Part shown: in pieces, positions 17,885-27,641 of the stretch
Position numbering within the stretch: position 1 is the stretch's first letter
Layout of the letters: each line of letters starts with the position of its first letter
Assembly: GCA_023458415.1 (NCBI GenBank)
Contig: JAEWZO010000028.1
Coordinates: 17,315-81,314 of the forward strand
Source of the DNA: Bacteroidota bacterium
GTDB lineage: Bacteria; Bacteroidota; Bacteroidia; Flavobacteriales; Weeksellaceae
Length of the DNA: 64,000 bases
Reading direction: 5' to 3'
Notes under the pieces: generated by a model
The model's input: only the letters and a program-made list of their open reading frames with translations
What the model was told of the DNA's origin: nothing
Database searches by the model: none
Position numbers and translations under genes: made by a program

Positions 17885-18769
17885 ATGGGACTTCATTTAA
17901 AACCTATAGATGTTGTAGAAGATATTACTCAGGAAGAATTTCGTGAGAAATATTTGCTTCCGCGCAAACCTGTGGTTATTAAGAATATGGCCAGAAAATG
18001 GCCAGCTTACCAGAAATGGACCATGGAGTATCTGAAGGAAACAGTTGGTGATGTGGAAGTTCCTCTATTCGATTCTTCCAAAGCGGATCCGTCTGCGCCG
18101 ATTAATGCTTCGGCGACAAAAATGAAGTTCGGAGATTATATTAATTTAATTCAGCGGGAACCGACTGATTTACGGATTTTTCTGTTCGACCCAATAAAAT
18201 TTGCGCCCGATTTACTAAATGATTACCTCTCGCCTAAAGAACTGATGGGTGGTTTTTTGGATAAATATCCGAATATGTTTTTCGGCGGTAAAGGTTCGGT
18301 AACTTTCCTGCATTTTGATATCGATTTAGCACATATTTTCCACACCCATTTTAACGGCAGAAAGCACATTTTGCTTTTCGATTATAAATGGAAAGACCGC
18401 CTATACAAACTTCCGTTTGCTACTTATGCGCTGGAAGATTATGATATCTGCAACCCCGATTTTGATAAATTTCCTGCTTTGGACGGTGTTGAAGGAATTG
18501 AATGCTTCCTCGAACACGGCGATACACTTTTTATGCCGACAGGTTGGTGGCACTGGATGAGATACCTTGACGGTAGTTTTTCAATTTCGTTGAGAGCATG
18601 GGATAAAAGCTGGGCGGTAAAAGCCAGCTCTTTGTGGAATCTTACTGTTCAAAGGAAGTTTGACAATTTCATGAAAAGCCGGTACAAGAAAAAATACATG
18701 GACTGGAAAGAACGCAAAGCCATCGAAAGAGCTAACTATGCGCTTAGAAAAGGTTTGCCAAGAAATTAA
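17885..18769 (+). CDS. Cupin-like / JmjC-type Fe(II)-2OG oxygenase-fold protein
   Basis: 294 aa with the Cupin_8-like pattern KPVVIKNMARKWPAYQKWT. A candidate HxD...H triad is formed by FLHFDID and GDTLFMPTGWWHWMRY. Confidence 0.75.
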   Translation: MGLHLKPIDVVEDITQEEFREKYLLPRKPVVIKNMARKWPAYQKWTMEYLKETVGDVEVPLFDSSKADPSAPINASATKMKFGDYINLIQREPTDLRIFLFDPIKFAPDLLNDYLSPKELMGGFLDKYPNMFFGGKGSVTFLHFDIDLAHIFHTHFNGRKHILLFDYKWKDRLYKLPFATYALEDYDICNPDFDKFPALDGVEGIECFLEHGDTLFMPTGWWHWMRYLDGSFSISLRAWDKSWAVKASSLWNLTVQRKFDNFMKSRYKKKYMDWKERKAIERANYALRKGLPRN

Positions 18770-18785
18770 CCTAGATATATATAGA

Positions 18786-18820
18786 AAAAATCCACGAATT
18801 ACTCGTGGGTTTTTATTTTT
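18786..18820. terminator. Bidirectional terminator between the cupin gene and lepA
   Basis: CCACGA-ATTAC-TCGTGG is flanked by an A-run upstream and a T-run downstream. Confidence 0.6.
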
Positions 18821-18838
18821 TTATGAAGAGAATCTATC

Positions 18839-20635
18839 TTAATCGTTCAGTTTCAGAACGGCCATAAACGCCGATTGCGGCACTTCTACCCTTCCGATTT
18901 GCTTCATCTTTTTCTTACCTTCTTTCTGTTTTTCAAGAAGTTTACGCTTTCTGGAAATATCACCTCCGTAACATTTTGCGGTAACGTCTTTTCTTAAAGC
19001 TTTGATTGTTTCCCTTGCAATAACTTTTGTTCCCAAAGCAGCCTGAACTGCAATATCAAACTGTTGTCTCGGAATCAGCTCGCGAAGTTTTTCACACATC
19101 CTTTTTCCGATATAATAAGCATTGCTTTCGTGAATTAACGAAGAAAGCGCATCCACCATATCACCGTTAATCAGAATATCCATCTTCACCAGTTTTGAAG
19201 CACGGAAACCAATCGGATGATAATCGAAGGACGCATATCCTTTTGAAATAGATTTCAGACGGTCATAAAAATCAAATACAACTTCCGCAAGCGGCATGTT
19301 GAACACCAACTCAACACGGTCAGAAGTTAAATAGGATTGATTCACAATTTCACCCCTTTTTTCGATACAAAGTGTCATCACTGATCCAACAAAATCTGCT
19401 TTTGTAATGATAGAAGCTTTAATGTAAGGTTCTTCAACGCGGTCCATAATCGAAGGATCCATCATTTCTGAAGGGTTGTTTATCAGAATTGCTGTTTCCG
19501 GTTCTTTTTTAGAGTAACCGAGATACGATACGTTTGGAACTGTCGTAATGACATTCATGTCGAATTCACGATCCAGTCTTTCTTGAACAATTTCCATGTG
19601 CAGCATTCCCAAAAATCCGCATCGAAAACCAAAACCTAAAGCCGCCGAACTTTCTGCTTCAAAAACCAAAGACGCATCATTAAGCCTTAATTTTTCAAGC
19701 GAAGTTCTCAATTCTTCAAAATCTTCGGATTCTACAGGATAAATTCCTGCGAAAACCATCGGTTTTACTTCTTCGAAACCTTCAATAGCAGATGGCGCAG
19801 GATTTTCTGCTGAAGTAATGGTATCTCCAACTTTTACTTCTCTTGCGTCTTTAATCCCGGAAATTATATAACCAACATCACCACATTTAATCGATTGTTT
19901 TGGAGCCTGTTTAAGTTTCAAAGTTCCAACTTCATCGGCATCATAGGTTTTCCCTGTTGCCATGAATTTTACTTTTTCTCCTTTGCTGATGCTTCCGTTC
20001 ACCACCTTAAAGTAGGCTTCAATTCCTCGGAACGGATTAAAAACTGAGTCAAAAATAAGTGCTTGTAATGGACCGTCTTCATTTCCCTGCGGCGCAGGAA
20101 TTCTTTCAACTATTTGCTCTAAAAGGTGATGAACACCTTCTCCCGTTTTTCCTGAAACTCGAAGAACATCTTCCGGTTCGCAACCTAAAAGATTTACAAT
20201 TTCGTCGGTTACTTCTTCCGGATTAGCTGATGGTAAATCTATCTTATTCAGAATCGGAATAATTTCCAGATCATTTTCCAGGGCAAGATATAAGTTCGAA
20301 ATAGTTTGCGCCTGAATGCTTTGTGCCGCATCAACGATTAAAAGTGCGCCTTCACAGGCAGCGATGGAGCGGGAAACTTCGTAAGAGAAGTCTACGTGTC
20401 CCGGTGTATCAATAAGATTGAGTACAAATTTTTCTCCTTTGTATTCATAATCCATCTGAATAGCGTGAGATTTAATGGTAATCCCGCGTTCTTTTTCCAG
20501 ATCCATATCGTCCAAAGTCTGTGACTGAAGTTCGCGCTGGGTAACGGTATTGGTATACTCCAGAAGACGGTCTGCAAGTGTAGATTTCCCGTGATCAATA
20601 TGGGCGATGATACAAAAATTACGTATGTTTTTCAT
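18839..20635 (-). CDS. lepA: Translation elongation factor 4 (LepA)
   Basis: 598 aa with [30 protein letters not shown] and NKIDL, plus the LepA-specific C-terminal domain. Confidence 0.97.
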   Translation of the reverse strand: MKNIRNFCIIAHIDHGKSTLADRLLEYTNTVTQRELQSQTLDDMDLEKERGITIKSHAIQMDYEYKGEKFVLNLIDTPGHVDFSYEVSRSIAACEGALLIVDAAQSIQAQTISNLYLALENDLEIIPILNKIDLPSANPEEVTDEIVNLLGCEPEDVLRVSGKTGEGVHHLLEQIVERIPAPQGNEDGPLQALIFDSVFNPFRGIEAYFKVVNGSISKGEKVKFMATGKTYDADEVGTLKLKQAPKQSIKCGDVGYIISGIKDAREVKVGDTITSAENPAPSAIEGFEEVKPMVFAGIYPVESEDFEELRTSLEKLRLNDASLVFEAESSAALGFGFRCGFLGMLHMEIVQERLDREFDMNVITTVPNVSYLGYSKKEPETAILINNPSEMMDPSIMDRVEEPYIKASIITKADFVGSVMTLCIEKRGEIVNQSYLTSDRVELVFNMPLAEVVFDFYDRLKSISKGYASFDYHPIGFRASKLVKMDILINGDMVDALSSLIHESNAYYIGKRMCEKLRELIPRQQFDIAVQAALGTKVIARETIKALRKDVTAKCYGGDISRKRKLLEKQKEGKKKMKQIGRVEVPQSAFMAVLKLND

Positions 20636-20653
20636 TTATATTCTGATAGTTTG

Positions 20654-20661
20654 CAAAGATA
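20654..20661 (-). promoter_or_regulatory. -7 element (TATCTTTG on the minus strand) for lepA
   Basis: Exact TAnnTTTG match 18 nt upstream of the lepA ATG, immediately after a terminator hairpin. Confidence 0.45.
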
Positions 20662-20691
20662 AAAAAACGGAATGATTATGGACCATTCTGT
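20660..20691 (-). terminator. Terminator insulating lepA from the upstream ECF operon
   Basis: The minus-strand RNA ACAGAAUG...CAUUCCGU pairs at 7 of 8 positions and is followed by U7. A second, weaker hairpin (AACGACC / GGTCGTT, 20738-20769) lies just after the stop at 20792. Confidence 0.5.
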
Positions 20692-20791
20692 TTCATATAT
20701 TCCTGAATAAAAAATATTTTTAAGTCTCTGAAAATCAAACGACCCCTGCAAAAAATTGCAAAGGTCGTTCAAACATTAAAAAAATAAACTA

Positions 20792-21304
20792 TTATGGGCG
20801 TCTGCGCTGCGGAAGTGTTGGAGAACTTCCGTCTTGTTTTTTGTCTATAATTTTGCTGCGCATTTTACCTTCGGTTTGATACATTTCCAAAACCTGCTGT
20901 GGCTTTATGATCTGCATAAATTTCTGCGCATATTTTTTTCTATTGTCCAAAAGCTGTTGCCCTACTTCGAAACTGTTTTCAAGTTCGCGCTTTGCTTCCT
21001 CATCGCTCATTGTATCGTAGTTGGCTTTTGCCTTAAATTTACTTTTAATTTCATTCTGCTTCGCCTGATACTCTGCGTACAGTTTACGAAACTCCTCTTC
21101 ATTACTTTGGTTTACATCCAGCGTAGATACCATCATATTTTCTCGGAACTGGTGTAGCAGATTCATTCTGTCCTGTGGCGACATTTGCTTTATCACATTC
21201 TTTCTTTGCTCCGGCTTCATATTCTTCCAGTCGTACTTCTGTACCTGTCCGAATGCTGAAATTCCCGCAAAAAGAACTGTAACTGTTAACAAAAATTTTC
21301 TCAT
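20792..21304 (-). CDS. Secreted helical protein, Spy/CpxP-like (third gene of the ECF sigma module)
   Basis: 170 aa with a signal peptide, then a K/E/Q-rich helical sequence and a basic tail. The last-gene position in the sigma/anti-sigma operon suggests the call, which comes from composition and context only. Confidence 0.55.
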   Translation of the reverse strand: MRKFLLTVTVLFAGISAFGQVQKYDWKNMKPEQRKNVIKQMSPQDRMNLLHQFRENMMVSTLDVNQSNEEEFRKLYAEYQAKQNEIKSKFKAKANYDTMSDEEAKRELENSFEVGQQLLDNRKKYAQKFMQIIKPQQVLEMYQTEGKMRSKIIDKKQDGSSPTLPQRRRP

Positions 21305-21316
21305 GCTTTCGTTTTT

Positions 21317-21886
21317 TTAATAATAAAGATCAAGATAAACGTCCTGTTCAACGTTGTTTCCTAATACCGCAAAATCTGCAGTCGGGAAATCTGAAATAAT
21401 CTGATCTATCTGTGTTTCAGAATACTCGGAAACTTCCGGTTCTGAAGGTTTTGCAGTTTTTGCTGCGGCAATTGTTTTAGGTGAAACTTCTTCCTCAACA
21501 ACAACTGTTTTCGGCTGCTCCAGCTTCTGAACTGTAATGATATCTTCTTCTAAAGTCTGTAAAGCAACCGCTTCTTCAATTACAGGTTTATTTACTGATT
21601 CTGAATTCATTACACCGCTGCTTAAACTCTTTGGTGCAGTTTCTTCCGTTGCGAATATTCCGGTTTCTTTTTCCTGATTTATGAAAAGACCAACACCAAA
21701 AATCATGGCGACTGCTGCAGCTGCTGCATAGGTCCAGTTCATTTTGATCACTTTACCCTCCTTTCTTTCCTGTTTTATTTCTGTGGTCTGGCTCAAAACA
21801 TTTTCCTGAACTTTTGCGAAAAAATTGTCCGGTGTTTTATAAATGTTTTTACGTTCCAGCTTTTCTACATCAAAGTTTTTCATCAT
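21317..21886 (-). CDS. Putative anti-sigma factor (single-pass membrane protein)
   Basis: The start is moved to the MM at 21886 so it follows the sigma stop at 21891. There is one TM segment (WTYAAAAAVAMIFGVGLFI) and no recognisable domain. The call rests on position after the ECF sigma gene. Confidence 0.55.
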   Translation of the reverse strand: MMKNFDVEKLERKNIYKTPDNFFAKVQENVLSQTTEIKQERKEGKVIKMNWTYAAAAAVAMIFGVGLFINQEKETGIFATEETAPKSLSSGVMNSESVNKPVIEEAVALQTLEEDIITVQKLEQPKTVVVEEEVSPKTIAAAKTAKPSEPEVSEYSETQIDQIISDFPTADFAVLGNNVEQDVYLDLYY

Positions 21887-21890
21887 CAAA

Positions 21891-22442
21891 CTATTCTGTA
21901 TAATTCGTTTTAATATATTCTTCAACCTTTTGTTTGGCGTAATGATAATTTGTTTTTAAAGTTCCGACAGACATATCTAAAATCTGCGAAATTTCTTCAT
22001 AAGGCAAATCATCATAGTACCTCATCGTAAATACCAGTTTCTGTTTTTCTGGAAGCGTTTGTATCGCTTTCTGAAGCAGCACCTGTATTTCTTCTGCATC
22101 CTGCTGCACACTTTCCGCGACCAGATTCTGCAGATGATATTCTGCATCTTCATCGGTTTTCTGCATTCGCTTCATTTTATTAAGCTGCTGCAGCGCTTCG
22201 TTGGTGGCAATTCTGTACAGCCAAGTGTATAACTGACTGTCCTGTTTGAACTGATGAAAATTTTGGTAGGCCTTTATAAAAGTATCCTGCAAAACGTCCT
22301 GAGCCAAATTATGATCCACAATCAAACGTCTGATGTGCCAGTAAAGCCGGCTCTGGTAAAAATCCATCATAAGGCGAACTCCCCTGTCACGGGTTTTTTC
22401 GCTCGACATCAGCTCAATAATTTCCTGCTCCTTTATCTTCAT
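21891..22442 (-). CDS. ECF-type RNA polymerase sigma-70 family factor
   Basis: 183 aa with region 2 (DVLQDTFIKAYQNFHQF...TWLYRIATNEAL) and region 4 (LPEKQKLVFTMRYYDDLPYEEISQILDMSVGTLKTNYHYA). Confidence 0.9.
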   Translation of the reverse strand: MKIKEQEIIELMSSEKTRDRGVRLMMDFYQSRLYWHIRRLIVDHNLAQDVLQDTFIKAYQNFHQFKQDSQLYTWLYRIATNEALQQLNKMKRMQKTDEDAEYHLQNLVAESVQQDAEEIQVLLQKAIQTLPEKQKLVFTMRYYDDLPYEEISQILDMSVGTLKTNYHYAKQKVEEYIKTNYTE

Positions 22443-22521
22443 CGAGATGCTTCGTTGTTTGGATAGTAAATTTAATTAAAAGTTAAAAAATAAAATCAAT
22501 TTTCAGTCCAAATCATTTATT

Positions 22522-22529
22522 TATCTTTG
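22522..22529 (+). promoter_or_regulatory. -7 element (TATCTTTG) abutting the ATG
   Basis: This exact TAnnTTTG match ends 5 nt before ATG 22535 (ATGATG), which implies a leaderless or near-leaderless mRNA. Confidence 0.35.
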
Positions 22530-22534
22530 TTTTC

Positions 22535-23290
22535 ATGATGAAAACGGTGATTATTGGTTCCGGAAATGTGGCTTTTCATCTTTTAAAAGCATTCAAAGAA
22601 AATAATATTCCGGCAACGCAAATTTTTGGACGGAACATTCCTGCACTGAAAGAAATTTCAGATGAATTCTCAGTGCCATATTCCACAACGGATTTGGATA
22701 AAGCAGACCTTTATTTTCTCTGTGTTAGCGACGATTCAGTTTCAGAAGTTTCACAGCTCATCAAAGAAAAAGACTGTTTGGTTGCGCATACATCCGGTTC
22801 GTTGCCAAAAGAATCACTTGTCGGAGAGTACAGAAAAGCTAGTTTTTATCCGCTACAGACGTTTTCTAAAACAAAAAATCTGGATTACAAAAAAATTCCG
22901 TTTTTTATTGAAGCAGAAGATTACGAGGATCAGATTCTCCTGGAAAAACTCGCCTCGAAAATTTCCGAAAATGTAATGAAGTCGGACTATGAGAAAAGAA
23001 AGTTTATCCATCTCACTGCTGTTTTCAGTTGCAATTTTGTGAATCACTTATTTGCAAGAGCTAAAGAAATATCCGACATTCAAGGGATTCCGTTCAGCTA
23101 TTTCATCCCACTAATTGATGAGACGGTTCAAAAAATTCACGAACTGGATCCGAAAGATGCACAAACCGGTCCAGCTGTGAGAAATGACGGTAGAATTCTT
23201 GAACTTCACGAAAAGCTTCTGCAGAATGCAGAACACCTGAAGATTTACCAAACCATGAATGAATCTATTAAAAAAATGTATGAGTTATAA
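22535..23290 (+). CDS. Rossmann-like / DUF2520-type oxidoreductase-fold protein
   Basis: 251 aa with an N-terminal dinucleotide-binding loop (VIIGSGNVAFHL) and a C-terminal half resembling DUF2520. Confidence 0.7.
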   Translation: MMKTVIIGSGNVAFHLLKAFKENNIPATQIFGRNIPALKEISDEFSVPYSTTDLDKADLYFLCVSDDSVSEVSQLIKEKDCLVAHTSGSLPKESLVGEYRKASFYPLQTFSKTKNLDYKKIPFFIEAEDYEDQILLEKLASKISENVMKSDYEKRKFIHLTAVFSCNFVNHLFARAKEISDIQGIPFSYFIPLIDETVQKIHELDPKDAQTGPAVRNDGRILELHEKLLQNAEHLKIYQTMNESIKKMYEL

Positions 23291-23801
23291 AGAAAGACTG
23301 AAAAATATTAAAGCGTTTGTTTTTGATGTAGACGGTGTTTTTACCGACGGAAGCGTTTATCTTTTACCGGAAGGAAATATGTGCAGGGTGATGAATGTTC
23401 TCGATGGTTATTCTGTTGTTAAAGCCCTGAAACATAATTATTTAATTGGTGTAATAACGGGCGGAAACGATGCAATGGTAAAACACAGAATACACTATTT
23501 GGGAATTGCCGATTATTACGCAAAATCAAATAATAAACTTTCTGATTTTGAGCATTTTAAGTCAAAATATAATCTTAATAATGATGAAATTCTGACGATG
23601 GGTGACGACATTCCTGATATCACTATACTGAAAAACTCCGGAATTTCGGCGTGTCCTGAAAATGCAGTTCCTGAAGTGAAAGAAATCTGTGATTATATTT
23701 CTCCGATTCAGGGCGGAAAAGGCGCAGTTCGTGATGTTATTGAACAGGTGATGAAAATTCAGGGCACGTGGCAGGAAGAAGATCATACACAGTCAGTTTA
23801 A
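23280..23801 (+). CDS. kdsC: KDO 8-phosphate phosphatase-like HAD hydrolase
   Basis: The start is moved to ATG 23280 (MSYKERLKNIKAFVFDVDGVFTDG). The HAD motifs are DVDGV and GDDIPD, and the length matches KdsC. Confidence 0.8.
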   Translation: MSYKERLKNIKAFVFDVDGVFTDGSVYLLPEGNMCRVMNVLDGYSVVKALKHNYLIGVITGGNDAMVKHRIHYLGIADYYAKSNNKLSDFEHFKSKYNLNNDEILTMGDDIPDITILKNSGISACPENAVPEVKEICDYISPIQGGKGAVRDVIEQVMKIQGTWQEEDHTQSV

Positions 23802-23802
23802 G

Positions 23803-24360
23803 ATGAAAATTCTACTTGCTTCCAAATCTCCTCGCCGGAAAGAACTACTCCAAAGTCTTGGTTATGATTTCGAAGTTGTTTCTGTAGAATGTGATGAAGT
23901 TTATCCTCCAAATTTGAAAGCCGAAGATATTGCGGGTTACCTCTCTGCGCTTAAGGTGAATGCATGTATTAATATTTCAGATGAAGATATTTTGATTACC
24001 GCAGATACTGTTGTTGCAGTGGATGGCGAAGTTTTGGGGAAACCTCAAAACAAAACCGAAGCAAAAGAAATGCTGCGAAAGCTTTCAGGGAAAACCCATC
24101 AAGTCTACACAGGAATTACCGTGAAAAAAGGAAACCGCATTGTAACACAAACAGATGTTGCATCAGTAAAAATCATGGATCTCACTGAAGAGGAAATAGA
24201 ATTCTACATAGAAAACTTTCAACCCTTTGACAAAGCAGGAAGTTACGGAATTCAGGAATGGTTGGGTATGGCAAAAATATCTGAAATACACGGCAGTTTC
24301 TACAACATTATGGGTTTGCCAACTCATCTGCTTTACCATATTCTAAAGGATTTTGAGTGA
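23803..24360 (+). CDS. maf: Maf-like nucleoside-triphosphate pyrophosphatase
   Basis: 185 aa with LASKSPRRKELL, ADTVV, GKP and GSYGIQ. Confidence 0.9.
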   Translation: MKILLASKSPRRKELLQSLGYDFEVVSVECDEVYPPNLKAEDIAGYLSALKVNACINISDEDILITADTVVAVDGEVLGKPQNKTEAKEMLRKLSGKTHQVYTGITVKKGNRIVTQTDVASVKIMDLTEEEIEFYIENFQPFDKAGSYGIQEWLGMAKISEIHGSFYNIMGLPTHLLYHILKDFE

Positions 24361-24451
24361 TGTACAACTCAATACAAAAAATCGTTATTTTTACAGAAAA
24401 TAATTTGCTTTTTGAATAATAAAAAGCAACTTTGGAAGTTATTATTGGATA

Positions 24452-26938
24452 ATGAGAAAAATTTTACTTTTCCTTTTGGCAGTAGCGGTTTTCAACTCTT
24501 GTTCTTCAAGAAAAAAGAAAAGCGATTCAACATTTCTGAAAGGATTTTCCACATATTACAACACGCTGTTTAACAGTAAAGATGCACTGGAAGCGGAAAT
24601 CAATACCCGGAAAGATTCGCATCAGGACAATTTCTACGCGCCTTATATTTCGCTCCTAACGTACGATGATATCGCGGTTTCTCCGGATCCGTCAGAAAAT
24701 TCGATGTTTGGTGACGATCCTGCACCGGGAATTCCGAATCCTAACCAATTCCAAGGTTTAAATTCAGGGACAACCGGAGCGACTATTCTGGAAATTTCGG
24801 AAGCAAAAGCTCTGAAAGCCATTGCAAAATATTCCGTCCTGACCAACGGCGAAGAAAAAAACAAAAGAATTTTCGATGCCCATCTTCTTCTCGCCCAATC
24901 CAGGTTGTACCGAGATAAACCTCTGGAAGCGCTTGACGCTCTGAACTATATTTTCAACAATATGGGTAAAGACAAAAGACTTCCATTGGCAAGGATTTAT
25001 CAAGGACTTGCCTTTACGAAAATGGAAGATTATCACCGGGCTGAAGAAACTTTCGCCGGTTTGAAAAATGCAGATATCAAGAAAGATTATCAGAAACTTT
25101 TAAGCATTTATCATTCGGAAATGCTTCTGCATTCAGGAAAGAAAGAAGCTGCAGTAGATGAGCTTGAAGAAGCATTTACACTAAATAAAAACAGGCATTT
25201 ACGTAGCAGAATTGCATTTCTACGTGGCCAAATTCTTTCGGACCTTAACAGAAATGAAGAAGCCCGCGAAAGCTTTGCTGCAGCCTACAAAAACTCAAAT
25301 GATTTCGAGTTTGAAGTAAAGTCGCAGATTGAAATTGCAAAAACCTTCAACGGTGAAAACGACGATTACGAAGGAGCAAAACAATATCTTGAAAAAATAA
25401 GCAAAAAGGGAACGTATGCATCCCGCAAAAATGAATTTTACTATGCTCTTGGATTAATGGCCAACGAAGCTGGAAAGAAGGACGAAGCACAGGAGTTTTT
25501 CAGAAAATCCATTGAAGAGAAAATTTCAGATCCGCAGATTCGTGGGTTGGCTTATCAGGAAATTGGGCGAAGTTATTTTGATAAAAGCGACTATCTCGCA
25601 GCTGGCGCCTATTATGATTCTGCGCTTTCGGTGATGACTTATGAACCGTCAAAAGTATTACTTACAGAGCAGACTGAAAACATTAAACAGGTTTCAGAAA
25701 ACTATTATCTCATTAAAAGAAACGACAGTATTCTTGCACTTACCAGAATGCCTGAGGCGGAAAGAATCGCCTATTTCACGAAGTATATCGATGCAATAAA
25801 AGAAAGAGAAGCCAAAGAAGAACTGGAGCGCCAAAGAGCAGAAAGAAACGAAGGATTTGATACAGGAGATTACAATGCAAACTCAATTTTTGCTAATAAC
25901 ACAGGAGGTTTTCAGGATTTTGGTGACAATTCGAGAGGTGGGTTTTACTTTTCAAATCTCAATACTGTTGCCAAAGGTGAAGCTACCTTCAGACAGGTTT
26001 GGGGAAGTCGTTCTTTAAGTGATAACTGGAGAACTTCCGCAAGATCTGCATCAATAGAAGATCTGCGCAACGAAGCTTTAGGTTTATCTGTTGCACCGGA
26101 CCCAAGAAGATTGGAACCGTCGTTTTATATTGAAAAAATTCCAACAAAACCAGAGGACATCGCATCACTCAAAATGGACAGAGACACCGCGAGTTTAGGA
26201 TTGGGAAGAATGTACGATGCCTACTTTTCCGATACACCGCTTGCAACCAAAACACTGTACGATTTGGTTGATGTTCAGCCCGCTGAAGATATAAAACTAC
26301 AGGCATTGTATCTAATTTTTGCGATGAACCATCAGAATAATCCTACTGCCGCTGCACGAGCGAAACAATTAATTCTGGATGAATATCCTTACACGTCTTA
26401 TGCAGAATTCGTGAGAAATCCGCAGAACAGTTCATTTATGAATTCTACCGCAGATGCCGAGAAAGCTTATGCAGATGCCTATCAACTGTATTCGGATGAA
26501 AAATATGAGGAAAGCAGATCTTTGATTGATGCCTCGATGGCGAAATATTCTAAAGATGCATTGGTGCCGAAATTTGCATTGCTGAACGCATTTAATACCG
26601 GAAAAACCGCCGGAAAAGAAATCATGATTCTTCAGCTGGAACAGATTGCTCTGAATTATGCTAAAACTCCTGAAGGAATAAAGGCAAAAGATATGCTTCG
26701 TTACCTGGAAAGTGATCTGGAAATAGAAAGAACCGATGAAAGCGGAAATGCCGTCCAAAATGCAGCGCCTACTCCTGCTGCACCGCGCAGAACAGATGCT
26801 TCGGGAATTGCCGTTCCGACTGATCCGGATCCGCAACCAGTTAAAAGAATCATTAACGATCAGAGAGTCCCTGAAAATAACGGCTTGCAGCGTGCAACGG
26901 GACCAACCCTAAAAGAAGTTCCTACAGAAAAAAAATAA
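24452..26938 (+). CDS. sprE: TPR lipoprotein, probable T9SS component PorW/SprE
   Basis: 828 aa with a lipobox (VFNSCSS) and an N-terminal YYNTLFNSKDALEAE motif like SprE/PorW proteins as I recall them. TPR-like repeats run throughout and the tail is proline-rich. The CDS is certain, but the specific name is recognition only. Confidence 0.6.
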   Translation: MRKILLFLLAVAVFNSCSSRKKKSDSTFLKGFSTYYNTLFNSKDALEAEINTRKDSHQDNFYAPYISLLTYDDIAVSPDPSENSMFGDDPAPGIPNPNQFQGLNSGTTGATILEISEAKALKAIAKYSVLTNGEEKNKRIFDAHLLLAQSRLYRDKPLEALDALNYIFNNMGKDKRLPLARIYQGLAFTKMEDYHRAEETFAGLKNADIKKDYQKLLSIYHSEMLLHSGKKEAAVDELEEAFTLNKNRHLRSRIAFLRGQILSDLNRNEEARESFAAAYKNSNDFEFEVKSQIEIAKTFNGENDDYEGAKQYLEKISKKGTYASRKNEFYYALGLMANEAGKKDEAQEFFRKSIEEKISDPQIRGLAYQEIGRSYFDKSDYLAAGAYYDSALSVMTYEPSKVLLTEQTENIKQVSENYYLIKRNDSILALTRMPEAERIAYFTKYIDAIKEREAKEELERQRAERNEGFDTGDYNANSIFANNTGGFQDFGDNSRGGFYFSNLNTVAKGEATFRQVWGSRSLSDNWRTSARSASIEDLRNEALGLSVAPDPRRLEPSFYIEKIPTKPEDIASLKMDRDTASLGLGRMYDAYFSDTPLATKTLYDLVDVQPAEDIKLQALYLIFAMNHQNNPTAAARAKQLILDEYPYTSYAEFVRNPQNSSFMNSTADAEKAYADAYQLYSDEKYEESRSLIDASMAKYSKDALVPKFALLNAFNTGKTAGKEIMILQLEQIALNYAKTPEGIKAKDMLRYLESDLEIERTDESGNAVQNAAPTPAAPRRTDASGIAVPTDPDPQPVKRIINDQRVPENNGLQRATGPTLKEVPTEKK

Positions 26939-26945
26939 GCGAAGA

Positions 26946-27626
26946 TTATTCTTCGCTTTTCTTTTTCTTTACTCCGTGGAAATCTTTCAGATAATTGGGC
27001 TCAAAATAAGCAGTGTCTTCAAAATCTTTACGGTTGAATTTCTGCAATGATTTTTTAATCATATGTTCCGCCGATGGATAAACGTTGATTTTGTATTCTG
27101 CATCGCTTAATCTCAGTATTTCTGAAGCTTTCTGCGCGCCGTCGCCAACGAAAAGAATCTTTTTTCCACTGTATTCTGCAAAGGAGTTTTCGTCCAGAAT
27201 TTTAGCTTCAGTTGCAGCTACTGTTTCACCAGTTTTTCCATCATAAACTGCACAATACACTTCCATCCTTCGTGCATCAATTAATGGAATAATTAGATCA
27301 AATCCTTTATCAAGAAAAGGTTCAGCCATAATTTCAATGGAACTTACAGCGATTAAAGGAATTTTCAGTCCATAACAAAAACCTTTTGCTGAAGAAGCGC
27401 CAATTCGCAGTCCCGTGTACGAACCAGGACCTTTTCCTACGGAAACTGCATCAAGATAATTCAAAGAAATCTCTGCGCCTTCTAAAGCCCACTGGACAAA
27501 GGTGTGCAAACTTTCCGACTGTTTATAGTTTTTTGAAACTTCTTCACAAAGACAGAGCAGTTTTTCACCATCGGAAATAGCAACTGAACAGTTCTTGGAA
27601 GAGGTTTCGAGATGTAGAATTTTCAT
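26946..27626 (-). CDS. tsaB: tRNA t6A37 threonylcarbamoyltransferase complex subunit TsaB
   Basis: The start is moved to MKILHLETSS (ATG 27626). It shows GPGSYTGLRIG, the YeaZ/TsaB signature. Confidence 0.85.
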   Translation of the reverse strand: MKILHLETSSKNCSVAISDGEKLLCLCEEVSKNYKQSESLHTFVQWALEGAEISLNYLDAVSVGKGPGSYTGLRIGASSAKGFCYGLKIPLIAVSSIEIMAEPFLDKGFDLIIPLIDARRMEVYCAVYDGKTGETVAATEAKILDENSFAEYSGKKILFVGDGAQKASEILRLSDAEYKINVYPSAEHMIKKSLQKFNRKDFEDTAYFEPNYLKDFHGVKKKKSEE

Positions 27627-27641
27627 TCGGCAAAAATACAA

